A DNA stretch of 64,000 nucleotides from Spongospora subterranea f. sp. subterranea (Eukaryota): positions 124,001 through 188,000 of the forward strand of contig JAUGWO010000062.1 of NCBI GenBank assembly GCA_049724395.1. Reading direction: 5' to 3'. This document shows, piece by piece, positions 51,401-63,393 of the stretch. The position numbers were made by a program, and so were the translations under genes. Each line of letters starts with the position of its first letter. Position 1 is the first letter of the stretch. Below the pieces are notes generated by a model. The model did not search any database and had not been told where the DNA came from. It saw nothing but the letters and a program-made list of their open reading frames with translations.

Positions 51401-52523
51401 TTTCAGTGATAAAATTCGTGTCCAATTCAATCTGATTGACCTGAGATTCGTCAACGAGGTCGCCAGAGCCTGATTCGGGTATTGATTCACCGATGTCTGC
51501 CTCTGTCATATCGGATGATTTTTTCTTTGTTGACCGCAATCGCTTCGCCCAGAACTTTGACTTTTGTTTCCCTTTATGGAGAGTCTTCACGTCAATTTTC
51601 AAAATCCCTAATGGATCGGAAATTCCTTCCGCATCTTCGGCGTCAAGTCCAAGCTCTTCTTGATTCCGCTTTACTTGTTCTTCCGAATCTTCGTTAGGAT
51701 CGTTGAATTCTTCAATCAGACGATGGAGATCGACGACATCTACATCATTCCATCGAGTCACGTCTGTGGCCGATTTGACATCAAAGTACCCGCTTCCTTC
51801 AGCTCTATCAGCGTCATCTTCGTCATCAAGAGCTTCCCGATTCTGCTCATCCTCCCAGGAATAATACACGTTTTGCGCCGCTGGGGAATCGCAGATCATT
51901 TCCAAAGTGACATCGGATCGCAATTCCAGAAGAAGCGATACCACAAGACAGGCAACGTCAGGTTGAGTATTGCCCGATAATAAGTGTTTGTCGAACTTCA
52001 TATCTCTGAAGTTCTGGATATGGCTTTAGCATTTCTGCACTGATCAGACAGAGGATAACCAACCTTGACGGAAACTTTCCCCAACGCTGCTCTGAATTCG
52101 GCCGCGTGCTGGTTTGTCTCAATATCCAACAATCTCCCAAGAAGTTCTAGGGCACGAACACTGTAATTTTAAAACCCGTTTCAAAAAATTCTGGATTGAT
52201 AAATGTAATGACAGAAATATTCGACAGAACCTTGACATTTTGAGCTCCCTCATTTGTTTCCAAGACACAATGCCACTTGTTTGAACAAGCCGCTCCACAA
52301 GAACTTTTACGATTTCGGGGTGAGAATCGAATTGGGGCAAGTTATCGAAGTAGTACGATGCGAACTCTTTGATTGCTTGTTTTGCGGTGCATTTTTTCAT
52401 CGCTGACGACGCTCCATCAAGGCGTTGTAGGAGTTTATTGACCTCAATCACGCCGTGCTCGCTGTTCGACAGATCCTGCATCGACCCCTGGCGGACCCGC
52501 AGCCCAGACGATGCCGACGACAT
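48499..52523 (-). CDS. EXOC2: Exocyst complex component 2 (Sec5), multi-exon
   Basis: DPLGI, EDFNPVLFLLEVHRSTPFDQLQSGL, LVRDHFDQFVSCKDAID, LFQRKDEADRIRHVLTVLKRFNILFTMP, YDAVVRDYRR and C-terminal AMFECF. Confidence 0.88.
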
Positions 52524-53013
52524 CGCCAAAAACAGGTGAAAATGGTTCTGAAAGTCCACCCACTTAATCAAGTCTCAGTCTGGGACCACGTTAGCGCAGC
52601 CATCATCAGTGAACCGGAGTGTCATTCACTTATCATAAGTACCGTAAGTGGGGATCCATCACTGTCCCATGTCATCGGTCGACATGCAGTTCACACTGAA
52701 TGTCCGCCGCATGACAATCTCGCCGTTTCATCGGCCGGGATGCGCGACGGCCTGGCATCTCGGTCGATGACCGGAATTTGTCCAGCCGGTTGCGTGCTGG
52801 GGTCCGCGCCAGGTGACGTGTGTTTACCCTGAAACTGAGTGAGACCATCGGTCGATTGTCACTGCATTGCGAATGATGCTGGGCCCCCCTGGTTTCCTAG
52901 GAAGGGTTGGGGCTCAGTCAATCCCGTATATATCTGGTCAATTGATGGCGCGCTGCAAGGTGACCGGAGACAGGCAGCTGTGAGAATGTGTCATTGGCCA
53001 TTCGGTAAACACA

Positions 53014-53403
53014 ATGAACTCGATCCTGTTTTGCTGTGCAATGAAACACGTCGAAACGGTGATTGAGTCGTTGATCAGCGTGTAGATGATATTGCGATCC
53101 CAATCCGCCCCATTCCTTGAGTGCCTGCTGATAATAAACCCTGGCGAACCTGGAGTGGAGGACGGCCATTGAGCACATGACACATGGCTCATGGCTCAAA
53201 TAGAGATCGAGATGGCGGCAGAGATAGGGCTGGGAGCCCCATTCGCTTTCATCCCCGCCGCGCTTAAGTGCAGTCCCTGACCGATTCACGCTAGATACGG
53301 CGTCAATCAGCTTCAGAACCACATGGTCTAATGGGTTGTTGTGAGGGAGAATTGGTTGGATGGCGGTGGCAATGATACGCCCTGTATTATCGGTCACCAT
53401 TCC
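53014..53403 (-). pseudogene. Inverted near-identical partial duplicate of the ADAT3 deaminase domain (source 59418-59810)
   Basis: Matches the reverse complement of 59418-59810; the only difference I found is a 3-nt (CCC) deletion. Lies in frame within ORF 52918-53553. Confidence 0.93.
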
Positions 53404-53613
53404 CCGAACGCGCGAACCCCAGCTCGAACATGAACGGACGCCTGCCGCTTCAGAGAGTGTTTTCATGAACAATACCACGTTTACATTAAACGCATGATCA
53501 TTGTTCAGAAGTTCGTTTTGCAGTGAATTTGTTGAAACGCGATCACTCTGCAACCCAAGTCGAAAGATGCAATTTGAAGCGTGTTATGAGTTTATGAAAT
53601 ATTCTAGAGTTCG

Positions 53614-54131
53614 CTATGCATGTTTGAATAACAGCACGTCCATAATGCCAACAGATAAATACGCCATTTGGTCGGCCTCATAGTTGATGAACGCCCCGAA
53701 ATGTGTTCCTAGTGCATACTGCGATCAGTAATGGATCTGGTTCATGGGGTTTTGGTGATCGAAAGGCCCGAACCGCATATAACGTGCCATCCAGCTCCTC
53801 CTGTCTCCCTCTTATCCATCTCCTTCTTTATCTCTCTCGCAATCTCTTTCCACATCACCTCTTCCCCTTTCGCAATTGTCTCGTATGCGCGACGAACAAT
53901 CCCTATGGACTCTTCTAGAGTTTTCTTGGCCATTAGACTTGATTTAACGATAATTGGTAAAGCAGCCTCAAGTTCCCCGTTTCTGTACGACGTCAACCAA
54001 GTCAAATCACCCCCAGTTCATTCAAGCTCAATTTAAGCCCGTTCCTACGTCATCTTGTCCTTAATGCGTTCCCCCTTCACCGATCTCGCTTTCAGTATCG
54101 ACGGTGGGCCCGTATCTGTTGTTGTCGCCAT
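53614..54131 (-). CDS. Dynein light chain, LC8/type 1 family, 3 exons
   Basis: Spliced product ...KEIAREIKKEMDK...GWHVICGTHFGAFINYEADQMAYLSVGIMDVLLFKHA*. Confidence 0.88.
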
Positions 54132-56056
54132 CTCATTCGGGTTCACCACCAGGTGTGTTGTGGTTGTGAGGGCCGTTCACAGTCACACCAAACACCCAAC
54201 ACACAGTCGTGTGTCAGTCGACTATCGCCATCCGTTGGACAATATAGAGCTCCATATAGACTCTAAGGATTGGTTGGGGATCGACAGGGAATTGGGCCGA
54301 TATGCTATGGACGTGGGAGATGAGCGATAGATCCGAATTGTGTCGTTCTCATCCCGCGTGTCGGTACACGCGAGTTTGGCAGGGAAGCACAGGCGCATCA
54401 GTCGGCCGATCGACAACTCTCATAACGATGAAGAGGAGATCGTCCAGTGTACTCAAGAACATCATGTATACGGTGTCGCCAAGCCCAAACAGTCCGTTGT
54501 CTGTCCTCGCCGACCGAACAATACCACATCCAGCTCCTACATGTTCTTCAGTGATCATAGAAGATGTCCTCTTCAGTCTCTCTAGTTCCTTCTCAGTCGA
54601 ACTTACGCTGGACTAGCTGGATTCCATCAGGCGTAGTCTGATAGTCGCATGGCGTTTTAGAATGGACACCCGGAGGAGGGAAGATAGTCGCCATGATCAG
54701 AGCGTGTTTAGTCAGATTCGGGAGCACCAGAGTCACTGTGGTCGAACGCTGCCGTGAACGCCCACCTGAGTCCAACACAATGAAACCAAAGTCTCAGGGG
54801 CGGCGCTACTGGGAGTGTCGTCTAGAAAAAGGAATGTGGTGTTCCTGGTCTGGGGGTACGAAAAGGTCATCCAACCCAAGAACCGATTACTTTCCTGAGT
54901 CAATGTTCCCGTGCCCCGGCCAAGGACGTGGAGAAGAGGGCGGCCATCGTACGAGACGAGTCGATGGCGATTCATGAGACGGTGACGATGGCCACGCAGG
55001 TCAAGGCGGCAATGGCGTTGCGGCCCGTCATTAGAAGGGCGATGGCGATGCTGGTGGAGTCGAAAATCCTCGCCGACATTGGAGACGCCGACCCAGTCAA
55101 TCAGTTAGCGCTGCGACGATCAGGCATAGATTCGCAGAGACTGTCACGACGGGATGGCGCCAGCAGCAACTGCGGATCCGGGGGACATGACAAGTCGGTG
55201 GCGGAAGCGCCGCAGGACGAGATCGTCGAGAATGTCTTCTTCAGTTTCTAGTTTCTTCTCAGTTGAACATGCTGACGAAACAAATTTGGGCACGAGGGCC
55301 ATCGGCGGGCGAGGAACGCGATTCTTGGAGATGAGCAGTGCCGGGAATCGACGCGGCGGTGAGAATTACCTGTAATACAAAGCTCATTCTGCTATTATCG
55401 CTATTCTGATTCGTGCCAAGCCATCGAGGAGAAGTACAGCAACTACGCTGCGCTATGCCTCATCTATCTGAGACATTCGATAAGTGAACCTATGGGCTTC
55501 CGACTCGATATCTCATAGTGTTAAATTTTGATGACGGATCGATGCTGCCGATGGAAACACTCATTATAATTGTTGATCACTATCGTTGGGCTTTAACAAA
55601 TGAGGGGTACTTAGCAGCCATCGAACACGTTTGCTTACTGTTTGACGCCCTTCAATGTCGGTGTCGATTGTGATCGTTGCAGTGTAAGTTTCCCTGGGGA
55701 ACCATCGTCTCGTACCATAACTTGCTTCGCAATTCAAATATTGGTGTTGATGACCGAATATTGGCCTCTCATTCTATTTGATCTCAACTTATTGGTTGAA
55801 AATCGTTTTTTAGCGATATTGAAAGAAGATCGTGGACGATTGCCAGGCAATACGTGTGTATTTTCGATAATCAAATAATTAACTTACAAGTTGGCATCTG
55901 TTTCGGGTCTTTGGGATCATTTACTGATTCAGCTATGCGTTTAATCAGTCCTGGTTGAAATTGTTTGGTCAGGCACTTGGCCAAAAAATGTTGCATGAGG
56001 TCGGTTGTTGAGTGGTACCCTTAACGATGGGTCAACCAGATGTCCATTAGTTAACC

Positions 56057-58517
56057 ATGATCGACAATGGGGCTGATCATCCCGATGAAGGGATCCATAT
56101 CACAGCCAAGGTGAGTCGTTCGATCACTCCGACCATATTGTCGTAATGTCGGGAAAGATAATCAGGGCAGATCGCCCGCCTGATATTATATAAATATAGG
56201 TGATAGTGGTTGGCAGAAACCAACCTCCTGTACTCCATCGCCATTATAATCTGGAATCCATCGCCATTTCCTATAACATATCATGCGCATCTGGCCGGCA
56301 AACATGGAAATGGCTTGGCAATATCGTAAACCTCAAATTCCTCTTTCACAGCCGCTGTTCCAGAACTTTGTATCAGCCAATAACAGCTTCAAAAGATGAC
56401 ATTTGGACAGATATCAACATTTCCGAGTGGTTCATCATGTTTGTTTTGATAGTGCAATTTTCCAAAATTTGATGCTGTGAGAGCGCTTTGTGATGAGAAA
56501 CTTATTGGAGTTGTTTCTAGGCGGCGCAGCGATATTGCAAAGATTATCAATATCATAAGCTGGAGTTCGTCCCAATCAATATCATCAACTCTGAGCGATT
56601 ATCTCTATTCCCATTCGACCTCATCTCTGAAAGGTGTGTCGATCAAGACACCGTTATTGTCGAGATCCTCGGTAGACCCGCCCCCCAAAGATCGCCGCCT
56701 GGTCTTTCCCTGAATTCAACTCCAGGTCCCGGTATTGGGCTGCATGATCCAGTAATCTTTCGCGAGCGAACATTATGGGAGCTATTCGCGTATGCCGATA
56801 AGGAGCGATATATGAAAGTGAAAATCGTCTATGATCCAGCTAACGACCAGCCCATTTCTGATGGAGTTGGAGTTGTTGGAAATTTTAATGGTAATCCCCA
56901 AACCGGAACAGTTGTGATGAAGAGGTTGATCTCGTCATGTAATTGAGAAATTGAATCTGGCACAGGATGGGCTGTTCCTATTGCTATGGAATACGATGGG
57001 ACCCGATATCGTACCGATATTAATGTCCCACCTGGAAGTGTGCTCGTATTCCGGTTCGTCATTGACGATGCTGACGTCCTCGGTAATCGATACGAGAGAA
57101 TCCGGGATACGGAAGGTATCACATCAAAACTCGTTGATCACTATTTTTAACTCTAGTTGGCGGCTTCAGGTGAGCTATTTCACATCATTCGCGTATCTTT
57201 GGCTGGAGAAGTACAATACGACCAGTCAACGTCGACACATCATCTCACAGCCAAGGCCAGAATGCCATATCAAACCGGAAATGATCAGAAACCAGGTGAT
57301 AATCATCGCTCTTTGCTAATATCGGACGAATTGCGACAATCTTCGGGTTTGCTTTCGCCACGAATTGCGGGAACTCCACGAACCCCTCGTAGGATGGGTT
57401 CATCTTCGGGGATCGAATTCACGTCCGAGCAATTCGAAACCCATTTATTATGGAAGCAATTCGATGTCGATTGGAATGATGTGCGGTTAGCCGATATTGT
57501 TCATGGAGCAGATAATCGCGAACGATTGAAACAGGTGAACCAACCAATACAGAAACGGTCTGTTGCAATTGACATTCGATAGTTGATTTTTCAGGATTAT
57601 CGCGTTTTGCGATATATATTTCAATATTATAGCTGTTTACAGGATTCCGATATCGGGTTCATGTCGCTAGATGAGGCGGTGACTTTCATCAAACAGGTCG
57701 GACTGTCTTTCAGCCGAATGGACATCAGGACCTTGTTCGATCGCGTAAATATCGAAGAAAATCAAAACGAGGCGGCGTTGGATCGGGGAGTTCTACGAGA
57801 CAGTATAACATTAGTTCCCGATGACTCTAATCCCGACCATCAATTAACTCGTGGTCGCTAATTTAACAATCTCAGTTGTTCAGCTGGCGAGTCTAACAGG
57901 TTTCTACTTTAGGAGAATTCATCGAGGTTGTGTCGCGAGCAATGATGATCGCCATGAAGGAACATCGAGTCGATCCATGCGAGGCGTACGATCTTGGAAT
58001 GAGCGATATCAGGGCATTATACGAGAAACTAATCGCGGAAGATATTGGTGATGAAATCAAAACGGTTCCCGTCCAGGTTCCCGCCCTCCAACCAATGTAA
58101 TTGAGTCAAGAATAACGTTTTCTGGTTCAGGCCGAGTTCAAAGTTGTCTCTCGTAAACTAAAGGATATGTTCAATGCGAACGCCAGCGCATCCGCAACCT
58201 CACAACAACCGCAATTGAACCAGAGAGGATTCCTTGATATTGTGTCCAACATTACAGGTGGTCTATCAAAACGGGCAGTATTGCACGCATTCGGAATGGC
58301 AAAGAGGTTTGCACAAAATCATCCCCTATATGCAGGCAACACTAAGTGGGGTTTGATTAGTACGGCTTGCATCAATGGTCGTGGAGATATTTGCCTGGAT
58401 TATCAGGAATTCATTGCGGCGTTAGCTCGGATTGCCTATCTCAAGTTCAAATCTCAGCTAGTACTAGCGAACAAGGTGCGACGCTTTCTACAGATGCTCA
58501 TTCCTTTATCACAATAA
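56057..58517 (+). CDS. Multi-domain protein: Par3/HAL N-terminal-like domain, CBM48/AMPK-beta-like domain and EF-hand-like region, multi-exon
   Basis: Manually spliced exons give ISCASGRQTWKWLGNIAAQRY, VGVVGNFNGWAVPIAME...VPPGSVLVFRFVIDD, FMSLDEAVTFIKQ, LTRGEFIEVV and LDYQEFIAALARIA. Confidence 0.7.
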
Positions 58518-58570
58518 ATTCAACACACTCTGTAATACCGTTAAACACTTTACACAGTACATTGTCATAA

Positions 58571-58680
58571 CGTCACGATACAAAAGGGACTGTACATCGT
58601 CACGATACAAAAGGGACTGTACATCGTCACGATACAAAAGGGCACTGTATATGGTCACGATGCAAAGGGACACTGTACTG
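58571..58680. repeat. 27-bp tandem repeat, about 4 copies
   Basis: CGTCACGATACAAAAGGGACTGTACAT at 58571 and 58598, with variants at 58625 and about 58653. Confidence 0.9.
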
Positions 58681-58877
58681 TATGGTGTAACATCACACTT
58701 TATATTGTCTCGTTTCTCAGTTCCCCACGATACCGCACACAAGTGAGCCTCTCAACGTCTGGACTGCCCCTCCCAATGCCCATTTCCCAACGCTACAGTA
58801 CAAACAGTTTGCGCAAATTCAGTTGCGCGCAATAAATAAGAAAGAGTTAAAGTGGCGCATGTTCTGAAGAGGGGGCA

Positions 58878-59861
58878 ATGACCAGTGAACTGGAATCAGT
58901 TTTACACGAGAATATTGGCCAGCAAGATGATTCGATCAGCCAGGGAAGTCAATTTGTTGTGCGCCACGTGTATCCACATCATGTTGACCGCAAGGTACAA
59001 TTGATCACCGTCGTCGTATACCATGTGCAGCCGAGACAAGTACAGTTGTTTTTGGCGTACATTGCCAGGCATGCAGAGACATCGCAACCACAATTATCAC
59101 ACCTCAAACGGGTCAGGAAGTCGCCGTTAGACTCCCTATTAGAGATTATTGCATGCACCGAATCGGTATTCAACCAAATTGATGACCGTATCAAATCAGA
59201 TCTTTCCGAGTTCGGATCGTATTCCACGGTAGATGTGCCCGAATATGGTCCATTATCGTCTGACGAGCAGACTTGCTGGCAGAAGTATTGGCCATTAAGT
59301 GCTCGCGTACAACCACCTCGTGTATCGCCAATATTCCCTCCTTCACCCTCGAACCGTGTCCAATCCCTGTTGAATCTCTGTCGCGCCAATGCGCTATCCA
59401 ATCCCGGTTCTGTATCAGGAATGGTGACCGATCCCAATACAGGGCGTATCATTGCCACCGCCATCCAACCAATTCTCCCTCACAACAACCCATTAGACCA
59501 TGTGGTTCTGAAGCTGATTGACGCCGTATCTAGCGTGAATCGGTCAGGGACTGCACTTAAGCGCGGCGGGGATGAAAGCGAATGGGGCTCCCAGCCCTAT
59601 CTCTGCCGCCATCTCGATCTCTATTTGAGCCATGAGCCATGTGTCATGTGCTCAATGGCCGTCCTCCACTCCAGGTTCGCCAGGGTTTATTATCAGCAGG
59701 CACTCAAGGAATGGGGCGGATTGGGATCGCAATATCATCTACACGCTGATCAACGACTCAATCACCGTTTCGACGTGTTTCATTGCACAGCAAAACAGGA
59801 TCGAGTTCATATTCCTAAAGGATGTAGATCAACCATTATTGACATAAATACAAACCGTTAA
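58878..59861 (+). CDS. ADAT3: tRNA adenosine-34 deaminase non-catalytic subunit (Tad3/ADAT3), intronless
   Basis: LSHLKRVRK, VPEYGP...WQKYWP, NPLDHVV (no catalytic Glu), YLCRHLDLYLSHEPCVMCSMAVLHSRF and LNHRFDVF. Confidence 0.93.
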   Translation: MTSELESVLHENIGQQDDSISQGSQFVVRHVYPHHVDRKVQLITVVVYHVQPRQVQLFLAYIARHAETSQPQLSHLKRVRKSPLDSLLEIIACTESVFNQIDDRIKSDLSEFGSYSTVDVPEYGPLSSDEQTCWQKYWPLSARVQPPRVSPIFPPSPSNRVQSLLNLCRANALSNPGSVSGMVTDPNTGRIIATAIQPILPHNNPLDHVVLKLIDAVSSVNRSGTALKRGGDESEWGSQPYLCRHLDLYLSHEPCVMCSMAVLHSRFARVYYQQALKEWGGLGSQYHLHADQRLNHRFDVFHCTAKQDRVHIPKGCRSTIIDINTNR

Positions 59862-59894
59862 CGCACAGAAAAATTCGAGTTTATTTGTCGGTAT

Positions 59895-60206
59895 TCATAT
59901 GCGTTTGATATGACGCAACATGTAAGCACACGGTCGTTTGCCCGCAGTTGGTGAAGGTCGCTGCCGCTTCGGCATCGATAAGATCGCAGCTGGATTTTCG
60001 GTCTCATGGAGTTCGGGCTGTGGAGGAGCTACAGGAGGAGCATGCAAAACTTGTGGGACGGTTGGTGTCTGAGATTTGATTGTGGTGTCCTTTAAAGGGT
60101 TTCTGCGACGATCGTAGGTGATGTCCCAATACTTGAACGCCGTCGTGCCGACAGCGACGGCGGTGAGGATGACCACGACTTGACCTGCCGATCCCAGGCC
60201 AAACAT
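59895..60206 (-). CDS. Small hypothetical protein with an N-terminal transmembrane anchor
   Basis: MFGLGSAGQVVVILTAVAVGTTAFKYW followed by a Pro-rich region; convergent with ADAT3. Confidence 0.55.
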   Translation of the reverse strand: MFGLGSAGQVVVILTAVAVGTTAFKYWDITYDRRRNPLKDTTIKSQTPTVPQVLHAPPVAPPQPELHETENPAAILSMPKRQRPSPTAGKRPCAYMLRHIKRI

Positions 60207-60720
60207 CGTGATCAACTCTTGAAATTAGATGAATATCGGGATTGCGGATAGCCGCTCCACCAATCGCTCATCATATCTCGCAGACCTCAAACGGAGTTGC
60301 TATGATATACGTTTGTCGGCATTACAAAAGATATGCCATTTAGTCAAGTATAGTTCCATTTCATAGTAATCGCTTTCGAAGTCACGGCTTTGAGGTGATC
60401 AATGTTAGCCTTTGGTTGGCTAACCGGGAAAACAAATAACCCGATGTGAAAGTTGCCCCAACATCAATAACGAAATTTATTCAGGTGAATAGGGACCATC
60501 CGTTGTTAGACGACATCAACGGAATGATGGATGTCAGGGCGCCTAACAATCGGCAGGAGCCGATCAGGAAACTAGGGGCAAATTTATTCACAAAATAAAA
60601 AAACTCCGGTGGAAAAATAACTTTTTTGCGTAGTGCTCGTCATTAGCTCTCCAACCACGTCAGAACTGGGCTCCCTTAATCACCCGCTGGAACTTCAGTA
60701 TCTCCTGTAAGCGAACGTGA

Positions 60721-61962
60721 ATGGTTCCAGAAGACGTTCCACATGGCACCAAGCCTAATTTAAGTGATAATGAACGTAACGGGGTCTTACAAGATCTATT
60801 GGCTCATTCAAAATCCGGAACTCTTGAAAAAGGCGCTATTAAGGCTACTGCTGCCAAATTTGAAGTCTCACCCAAAACAGTTTCCCGAATTTGGAGCCGT
60901 GCAAAAGAATGTTTAATCCAAGGAAAAAATTTTGCTGATGTGAAATCAAGAATCAAAACAAAATCCGGTAGAAAAAAAAAGGACCGTGAGGAAATCGCTA
61001 GCAAAATCAAAGAGGTGCCGTTGCGTCAGCGGATGACTTTAAGATCCCTCGAACATGCATGCAATGTTCCAGCGAAAACCCTTCATCGTTTCATGAAAGA
61101 AGGCGGATTAAAACGGATATCCAGTACGATAAAGCCTACCTTGACAGCTGCCAACAAGAAGCAACGTCTGGAGTTCGCTTTGTCCATGTTAGAAGGCGAC
61201 TCTGACCTTTTCAGTCCAATGTTGGATACGGTGCACGTGGACGAGAAATGGTTCTATCCCACAAAAATACAAAAGAACTTCTACCTTCTTCCTGACGAAG
61301 AGGGTCCTGAACGGTCTTGCCAAAGCTCGACCGCGTTACGATCCTCACCGTAAAACGATGTTTGATGGTAAAATTGGACTTTGGCCGTTTGTTACAAGTG
61401 AGCCTGCCAAGCGTAGTTCCAAGCATCGCACCCGAGGTACGCTTGTCACGAAAGCTGTCGAAGTGAACCGAGTGCAGTACGTGAAAATGATCCTTGACAA
61501 CGTGATTCAGCCATCAAGCAGAAGTGGCCACTTGGCAGCCAGTAGATGCATATAAAAATCCAGCAAGACAACGCTAGACCACATGCTAGTGTTCTTCCGC
61601 AGGAAATTTTGGAGGCAGGCCATTCGGAAGGCTGGAATATCGATTTGGTTTGTCAACCACCCAATAGTCCAGACTTCAATGTCCTTGATCTGGGCTACTT
61701 CAACTCCATCCAATCACTACAACACCAAAGCGCCCCGAAGAATATTGACGATCTTGTCGACGCTCTCACAACCGAGAAGCTCGACAATGTTTTTCTGTCA
61801 TTGCAGAAAGCAATGGAGTCGGCAATGAGAGCTCAGGGCGGGAATAATTACCAGCTTGCTCATATGGGCAAAGCTCAGCTGCGACGTAATGGAACATTGC
61901 CTCTTTCAATCCACTGCGATCCAGAGGCAATAGCTGTAGCTAAGCGTTTGATTTTAAGCTAG
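60721..61962 (+). mobile_element. Inactivated DD39D-type Tc1/mariner transposase
   Basis: HTH region TVSRIWSR, VHVDEKWFY, FDGKIGLWPF, IQQDNARPH and QPPNSPDFNVLDLGYF, with 39 aa between the 2nd and 3rd Asp. Frameshifting deletion near 61325, frameshift near 61508 and an in-frame TAG near 61543. Confidence 0.93.
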
Positions 61963-62010
61963 TAAACACTTTAGTACTATCCGGGAAATCATTTTGAGCG
62001 TTTGATTTTA

Positions 62011-62124
62011 AGCTGAGCTTTGCCCATATGAGCGAGCTTGTAATTATTCCCGCCCTCAGCTTTCATTGCCGACTCCAATACCCAGATCAACGACATTGAA
62101 GTCTGGACTATTGGGTGGATGACA
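62011..62124 (-). repeat. Two fused inverted fragments of the adjacent mariner
   Basis: 62011-62078 matches the reverse complement of about 61812-61880; 62080-62124 matches the reverse complement of about 61650-61695, with a few substitutions. Confidence 0.92.
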
Positions 62125-63393
62125 ACTGGTTAGTAAACGCTTTAGGGACATTCATTTCGACACAAAATTGCGTGGACTATCGGACAACCATTTTTACACA
62201 GAGGGAGTATGAGAATAATCAATCATTGGGCATAAGGATTAATCACCCCCTAATGCCATGGAGTGAGTCAAGCAGGATTACTCGAGTCCAGGGAATGGCT
62301 AATACACACATTGGATTTGGAACGGATCCCGACGTGGAATTGCTACTTTGCTAAATCATGTCTGCCCTGCCCCAAACGGCCATCGTTTTGCCAATGAGGA
62401 CGATGCCATGGTAAATCACCCTCCGCTCTATACGTGCATGCAGGAATTTTCGTCCGGGTGGCTTTTGAAAGTGTCAATACATATGCTCCCGTCTTTGAAC
62501 AAGGAACATCACTGTAATCCTTATAAAGTAGCCTTGATCGGCTTCACTTGCCCTATTATTTTGTGCACTTGATATCCTACCAGGTGGATTTTTGTAGCGA
62601 GCCCATAGATTTTAAAGTGAAATGGGGGCAAAGTAAAGTGGCATTGGCGCTTCTTCTCTGTTTGCTGGTGCCATGATGGAATTTGGGGAGTAAACAGTGA
62701 CAGTGGATGCCATGTTGTGAGCGATTGATCTAATTTTCATCCAGAAGATGCGAATTTGGAATCACTTCTTTCGGCGAAAGAGAACGTGCAGATCAAACAC
62801 TGCGACATAATTACAAATAATACACCACGCCCAACGACGTCACCTAGCGCTTTAAAGCGTTTTAGCTTGAAATTACAGCTCATCGACAACAAAAACAACC
62901 AGGCTCAAATAACTGCACGAACTCATGGACACGCTTTTCATGAACTTGCCCAGGAAGGTTGAAGAGCTGTAGGCCTGTAGCATTGCCGAAACATGATTGC
63001 TGTTTTTTAGGTTTGACGAGTTTCTGTTGGCGAACAGCAACAGCCGAAGAGCCCAGGCAGCATGGGTTTGCCGAGTTTTGCTTTGACGTTGATAATTGAT
63101 TATCGTTGTGTTTGCTTCTTGAACGATATGTGGCTTCCGAATTGACAGAGGACATTCACATTAGTGAGGCAGTGGGACTCTTAAGCTGACTGTTACTTCC
63201 GCGTTGATCATCGTTGTCAATAACTGTGATTGCGTCATGCACGGAATTTAGCCGTGTGGTTACCCCCCACCGCCAGTCATACAGCGCGATCATGCCCCTC
63301 CCTATGTACACCCTTGTGCCCTGATCGGTGATCCGGTACCCCTTCCCATTATTAGCTCTTCCCAATCCCATACCAGTAAAAGTAATATCTCTC

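Noticed and set aside
56671..56713. Apparent frameshift at CCCCCCAAAG
   Set aside because: The listed ORF is the wrong frame; the exon reads through continuously as ...DTVIVEILGRPAPQRSPP...
60603..60625. Candidate 5' TIR of the mariner (CTCCGGTGGAAAA)
   Set aside because: No matching inverted copy was found downstream, so the element ends cannot be defined.
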